Shown in pieces: positions 42,522 through 47,332 of a DNA stretch of 47,332 nucleotides. The stretch spans positions 1 through 47,332 of the forward strand of contig JARQWU010000054.1 in the NCBI GenBank assembly GCA_040182905.1, read 5' to 3'. Made by a program: the position numbers and the translations under genes. The first letter of the stretch is position 1; every line of letters begins with the position of its first letter. The stretch is from Barthelona sp. PAP020 (lineage: Eukaryota). The notes beneath the pieces are model-generated. The model was not told the DNA's origin, did no database searches, and saw only the letters and a list, made by a program, of their open reading frames with translations.

Positions 42522-42983
42522 TTCTGTGAAAATTTTGTAAAAGTTTTGTGTAAGTTTGTAAATTAATCGACAAAATTTTTTGTTTTTGTTTGGTGTTTCC
42601 AAAATTTTTTGATAATTCAACTTTCAACAAATGCCTTCTCCTAAATACAGCATTTGAGGTCAAATTTCTTTTAAAGTAACCAATAAAGGTATTATCAAGC
42701 TTGAAAACAATGTCACTTCCTTCATTTTCAACTTTTCAAAAAAAGAATGTTCAAAAAAACAAATTTATCATTTTACAAAAAATCCTCACTTACCAAAGAG
42801 AAAAGAACAATATTTTCAGATGATTAACAGATTTCCTCCAAATTTGTGATGTTAAGCAGATTAAAAGAACTGAAAATTGTTTAAACACACTGTGGAAGTT
42901 ACATTCTTTTTCAATTAACTAAACAATTTTGAAACACTTTGGAAATGTTTTGATAAAAAAACAAGTCAAATGAAGAATGAATC

Positions 42984-45977
42984 TCATCCATCTTTTTCAT
43001 TCTCATTCTCCACAAATTCTGAAAAACAAGTTTGGTTGGTAGTTAAATCTGCCAGTATATTATTCAACAATGGTACACAAACGATAATATCTGCAAATAA
43101 AGGTCGGACAAGATGTTTGATGAAACTCACTTGTCCTTGAGCTATTGAAATGGAGTCTTGATTCACATGACTTTCCTTTAAACTGCTGATGTTTCCTCCA
43201 AATTCTTTAGCACGTTTGTACATGAAAAATAGTTCGTTTTGTAATCTCCAACTCCATCTTGTCGCCGTAAACAAAGATCTAGCAGGATTAGATATGTCTG
43301 CCGCCTTCATAAATAACGTAAACAAGGAAATTGTATCATAAAATATCGATAGATCCTTCAATTTAGGCTTAATTCTTTCCATTATTTGAAAATGATTGCT
43401 CATAGCAGTGGCCATGACCAATTCTTTAATGACGGAACGTATTTCAAACTTGATATCTAATTTGAAATCATCAAGTAATTCTGTCTCTTGCAACACAGTT
43501 AAAATAATATCAACTGATTGAGCCTCCAATACCGGTTGATCTGGGTACAATTCCTTCAATTTGGGAATCAAACAAACACTATATTCGTTTGAAAATCCAG
43601 GATGTCCTGCATCATGCCCTAGTGCTGATATTAATAACGCAAGAATATGAGTCTGGGGAAACAAATGATTCGTAGATACAGAACTTATAAACACAAAAAC
43701 AGCCTGTAATACATCAACTGCATGCGACCAACAATGATAAGGATTTGTTTGATATGTGTTCCGAATCTTAGCTATGAATAAACGCAATTTGAGTGGGTTA
43801 ATGAATAATTCTCTGCCTTTTTTTGATTGAAAAAAATTCAATCTGTCAAATATTTGAAAAATCAATAGTTCAAACAATCTATCAATTGGTGAGTTTTCTT
43901 CGAGAGCCTTAGCGTTGAAATTATCATTGAACTCTTCACAAGAAGAAGAAATACAAAGATTAGGTGCATTGATTTGTTGTAAGGCTTCTTTTAGGCTTTC
44001 AACTCCCATAAATTTCTCTTTTTCTTCTGAATCAATATCACAACCAAAAGGTTGAATATCCAAAGCATTTATATGGAGACAATCAACACTCTTGATATTT
44101 TGAGAAAATTTTTGCTTCAACAGAGAATTCATCAAAACATCATTTTTAGACGAAGGGAACGAGCTCAAATTGTCCAAAGAAATTGGATCTATGATAGGTT
44201 TAGATATTTTTGGTGTTTTGGGAGATTCTAATTTTGGAATCAATTCAAATGAGAGTGCAATGGAAGATGTAGCTTTTTGCACGTCATTCGCTTCAAGAAT
44301 AAACTCATCTTCAATGTCCAAATGTTCCAAGTTATTATCTTCTAATGGTTCACTCAAATCAGAATCTACCACCAAAGTTTCTTCACTTAAAGAATTAAAC
44401 ATACCCTCTTTCTTTGGAAAATCAGATAAATTGGTGCAAACTTCAGTTCCAGAAGGAAACAATTCAGTTCCCTTTTGTTGAAGCAAATCAAAAAGAAAAT
44501 CATGAAACATCAAAATTGAAAATTCCCATGAGGAAATTGGTGACAATTTGCTCACTATTTGGAGATAAAGTGCAACATCATCTTTTAAAAAAATATGAAA
44601 CTTACCAAAGTTCACATTTGTTGAAATGTTTCTGAAAGATTGTCGTTTTTCCTGTAATGAAATTGCACTTCCTGCTGACAAAAGTCTTGGCCTATTTCCT
44701 CCTATATTACTCTTTAATTGTGGAGATAAAGTGATTCCCATATTGTTCGACACAACGTCGGATATACTTAATGATGATTTATCATTGTTTCGCCCAATTT
44801 TATTAGATAAGGCATACTTTACAGAGAGCGATGCACATGGAAAGTCCTCAAAGGAAAGAAAAATATCTTTTCTTAATAACTGGCTCAATCTATCGTTCAT
44901 ATCTTTAATCAGTGTGGAACATAATGAATCCGAAGGAATTTCAGTGGAATTTTTAAATATACTGCCTTTAATAGATGCATTCTTCATCAACGTTACATGT
45001 TGCAACGAATCGAATGACTCATCAAAGATACTAGAGCGGGTTAGCACCGAAATCAAATGTGGAAAATCTATTGACGCTGAAATAGTATCAATTTTTGACT
45101 TAAAAATGTTCAGATTCATACTCCCCACACGGTGATCAATGATTGGTGATAAATCCATTTCAGCAATATTACAAATATCAACTACAGCACCCAATAACAA
45201 TATATATTGTGCAACAATACGGAAAATTTCTCGAATTAATTGTGAATTTTTATTAATTTGAAACAAATAAAAGTAACTACCAAATATACCATCCAAATCA
45301 TTGCAAAAATCAATGGAAAATTCTCCCCATGGAATATTTGTTTGTTCCAACAACGAAACAGTATCTGCTGACAATGATGATAGTGATTTATGAAACAGAT
45401 CTTCAGAAAAAGGCTCAAAATAATCCAATTGCCATTTAAACAAATCCAAAGCTGCAGTTAACATGTTTTTTGCTTGAATTCGGTCATTTAATCCAATATT
45501 TACGCGTGGAAGATTATTCAATTGAGTTTTGAACCAGTTCCTATCGATTTTCAAAACATTGCATTTTATTGCCGTTTCAACAGTAAAACCTACAGGAATA
45601 TTATCAACAATACTTTTTAATCCAATCACAGTCTTTGAACTAATTCCAGCGATGGCTATTGTTTCTCCTTGAACATTCTTCTTTATATGAGCAAATCCAT
45701 CTAATATGATAAAAAAATGATCTAATATATCATGTTCATTAAACAAATGAGCCCCTTTACCATATTGAATCAATTCAACAAAATGAGGTATTAAAAAATT
45801 ATCTATTGAATGAAATTCGACATTTAAAAGAGATTTTAAGGAAGATATCGTATCCTTATCTTCAAAATAATGCTGTGTATCTTGTTCTTGGGATAAACCA
45901 TGTCTTCGATGAAATGTTGTATGGTCAGCATCAAACTCAAATGGATCAGCAAATAATAACGAAAAACATTGTCCCAT
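42984..45977 (-). CDS. Class I cyclic-nucleotide phosphodiesterase with N-terminal cNMP-binding-like domain
   Basis: PDEase_I motifs 'NPYHCWSHAVDV', 'ALGHDAGHPGFSN', 'KAADISNP', 'QVSFI..VRPLF'. The N-terminal 'YGKGAHLFNEHD..HFFIILDG..TVETAIKCNVLKIDR..F' is CAP_ED-like. The first ATG at 45977 gives MGQCFS (track starts at TTG 45989). Confidence 0.9.
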   Translation of the reverse strand: MGQCFSLLFADPFEFDADHTTFHRRHGLSQEQDTQHYFEDKDTISSLKSLLNVEFHSIDNFLIPHFVELIQYGKGAHLFNEHDILDHFFIILDGFAHIKKNVQGETIAIAGISSKTVIGLKSIVDNIPVGFTVETAIKCNVLKIDRNWFKTQLNNLPRVNIGLNDRIQAKNMLTAALDLFKWQLDYFEPFSEDLFHKSLSSLSADTVSLLEQTNIPWGEFSIDFCNDLDGIFGSYFYLFQINKNSQLIREIFRIVAQYILLLGAVVDICNIAEMDLSPIIDHRVGSMNLNIFKSKIDTISASIDFPHLISVLTRSSIFDESFDSLQHVTLMKNASIKGSIFKNSTEIPSDSLCSTLIKDMNDRLSQLLRKDIFLSFEDFPCASLSVKYALSNKIGRNNDKSSLSISDVVSNNMGITLSPQLKSNIGGNRPRLLSAGSAISLQEKRQSFRNISTNVNFGKFHIFLKDDVALYLQIVSKLSPISSWEFSILMFHDFLFDLLQQKGTELFPSGTEVCTNLSDFPKKEGMFNSLSEETLVVDSDLSEPLEDNNLEHLDIEDEFILEANDVQKATSSIALSFELIPKLESPKTPKISKPIIDPISLDNLSSFPSSKNDVLMNSLLKQKFSQNIKSVDCLHINALDIQPFGCDIDSEEKEKFMGVESLKEALQQINAPNLCISSSCEEFNDNFNAKALEENSPIDRLFELLIFQIFDRLNFFQSKKGRELFINPLKLRLFIAKIRNTYQTNPYHCWSHAVDVLQAVFVFISSVSTNHLFPQTHILALLISALGHDAGHPGFSNEYSVCLIPKLKELYPDQPVLEAQSVDIILTVLQETELLDDFKLDIKFEIRSVIKELVMATAMSNHFQIMERIKPKLKDLSIFYDTISLFTLFMKAADISNPARSLFTATRWSWRLQNELFFMYKRAKEFGGNISSLKESHVNQDSISIAQGQVSFIKHLVRPLFADIIVCVPLLNNILADLTTNQTCFSEFVENENEKDG

Positions 45978-47155
45978 TGGTTCAAACAACAGCTAATTAA
46001 ATAAAATTGTTGTTTGTAGGTGGGAAAAAAATGAAATTCTTTCTTGTTCTTCCAAACAAAAAAACTGAAATCTCGAGAGAAAATTCATTATCAACTTCAT
46101 CATTTGTTATCAAATGGAAACCATATCCATATTTATTTTATCCAATATTGATTTGTAGTAAATCACAATCTTTTGTCTCTTTCTTTGCCTTTTTACATTC
46201 AATATTTGACAATTAATAACTTATAACCCCTATTTATATAAAAGGTCAAATTTTATAAATGTCCGCTTTCTTCAATACTTCATAAGAATGAGAAATTCAC
46301 TGAAAAAATTCCACACAAAAGGCTTACAGTACGGCTAAAATGAACAATAAAAAAAGGCTGATTATTTACCCAATGAAAAAAAAAACAAAGAACCAAAAAA
46401 TAAAAATTGAAAACTCGCAATAAGCGATTAGATTTCTAAATACAAAGTAAAACATGTTAAGAGTTCATTGATACTATTTTATTTAAAAATTTCCAATCAA
46501 AGGAAGAATTTTCAATGTTAAATACACTTTCGAAAAAACAATTGATAACAGTTCTATTTCCTTATTTGGATTCAAGGAATAAAATATTCCGACAATATTA
46601 AATCTAATTTGGTTTCCCAAAATGGAGAGATTCTTCAATGGTGTAATATTTTAAAAATCAACTGGCTGCAAACAATTTCATAAATGAAAATTTTCCTGTG
46701 AATGATCACTTCAGAAATAGAAAGGTATCGCTACCAACTTTGATCAAACAAGTTTTACCTTTTCTTTCCAAAACAAAAACAAAATAGACAATAATCTATT
46801 ATCCTAAAAATTCATATGATTCAATGTCAGGGGAATTATTCCACTGCTTGAAAAACGAGTATCTGTCCACTACATTTTTGAGAGAGAATTCATTTTATTT
46901 ACCCTTTCGAAAGTTTCATTCTACAAATAAACTGTGCTATTTATTTTTAACCCGTGAAAAACTTTTCAATTTTGAAATATTCTTTGAAACCAAATTCAAA
47001 GTTCTACAAAACCCAGAAGCAGAATGTTAAACAATAACAAAATTAATGATCGCCAAAAGTAAAGACGCTAAACGAAAAAAAAGAAACTTTGAATGAAAAA
47101 AAAATTGTTGGTTTGAGTTTCAAAGAAGATTTTGAATTTTTTTTCTATATTTTCA

Positions 47156-47332
47156 ATGACCGATAATCCACAAAAACCATCAACATTAGATGATGATGAA
47201 GAATTTAAGGATTTAGAAAGAAGATTTGTGGAGTTTATTCAAACATTAGAGAATGACAAAACTCATGAACATATTAGAAAGGAGTACAATAATTTATACA
47301 ATGTATTGATGCGTAGTCGTGCAAATGAAAGG
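47156..47332 (+). CDS. CFAP58: CFAP58 (CCDC147/FAP189)-like flagellar coiled-coil protein, 5' part, runs off the window
   Basis: My translation is MTDNPQKPSTLDDDEEFKDLERRFVEFIQTLENDKTHEHIRKEYNNLYNVLMRSRANER. It resembles the CFAP58 N-terminus (FEEMERDFQ.VL.EL..DK.LEKFR.EYE.L..VMKKS..NEK). Not in the ORF track. Confidence 0.75.
   Translation, partial: MTDNPQKPSTLDDDEEFKDLERRFVEFIQTLENDKTHEHIRKEYNNLYNVLMRSRANER

Noticed and set aside
863..47030. Numerous 60-170-aa ORFs antisense to or nested in the long genes (e.g. 3744-4130, 37322-37786, 44626-45135), and short intergenic ORFs
   Set aside because: Shadow frames of real CDSs or low-complexity spacers, many starting at TTG, with no motifs.
1..47332. 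Prokaryotic or giant-virus origin; CRISPR, tRNA or rRNA
   Set aside because: Gene content is eukaryotic-cellular (USP, TBC, TZF, dynein, CFAP58). I saw no regularly spaced repeats, cloverleaf-like GC-rich segments or rRNA-like sequence.

Overview
AT-rich, gene-dense, apparently intron-free nuclear DNA from a flagellated microbial eukaryote. A metamonad/fornicate-like origin is my inference, not a demonstrated fact. It holds 16 complete protein-coding genes and the 5' end of a 17th (CFAP58-like, absent from the ORF track). All family calls come from recognising motifs by eye. The genes are: a VTT/TVP38 membrane protein, a WDR60-like dynein-2 intermediate chain, a coiled-coil protein, a USP47/USP40-like deubiquitinase, a TIS11/TTP tandem CCCH protein, a small basic protein, two WD40 paralogues, an ATG22/UMF1-type MFS transporter, an OFCC1-like protein, a THH1/TOM1 membrane protein, a CCDC42/CFAP73-like coiled coil, a TBC1D20-like RabGAP, a 5394-aa divergent dynein heavy chain, a PhlA-like lipase and a cNMP-domain class I phosphodiesterase. 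Four observations stand out. (1) The two divergently oriented WD40 genes have propellers only about half identical, varying at ligand-face positions, while their last 327 bp are 98.8% identical with a sharp boundary, giving a variable-sensor/constant-tail architecture. (2) The full-length dynein heavy chain has no recognisable Walker A motif but carries inserted IQ motifs, so it may be a pseudo-motor. (3) Two genes look bacterial in origin. (4) There is a candidate WGTRAA poly(A) signal and a candidate ATGCG promoter motif. I recognised no rRNA, tRNA, CRISPR array or transposase.
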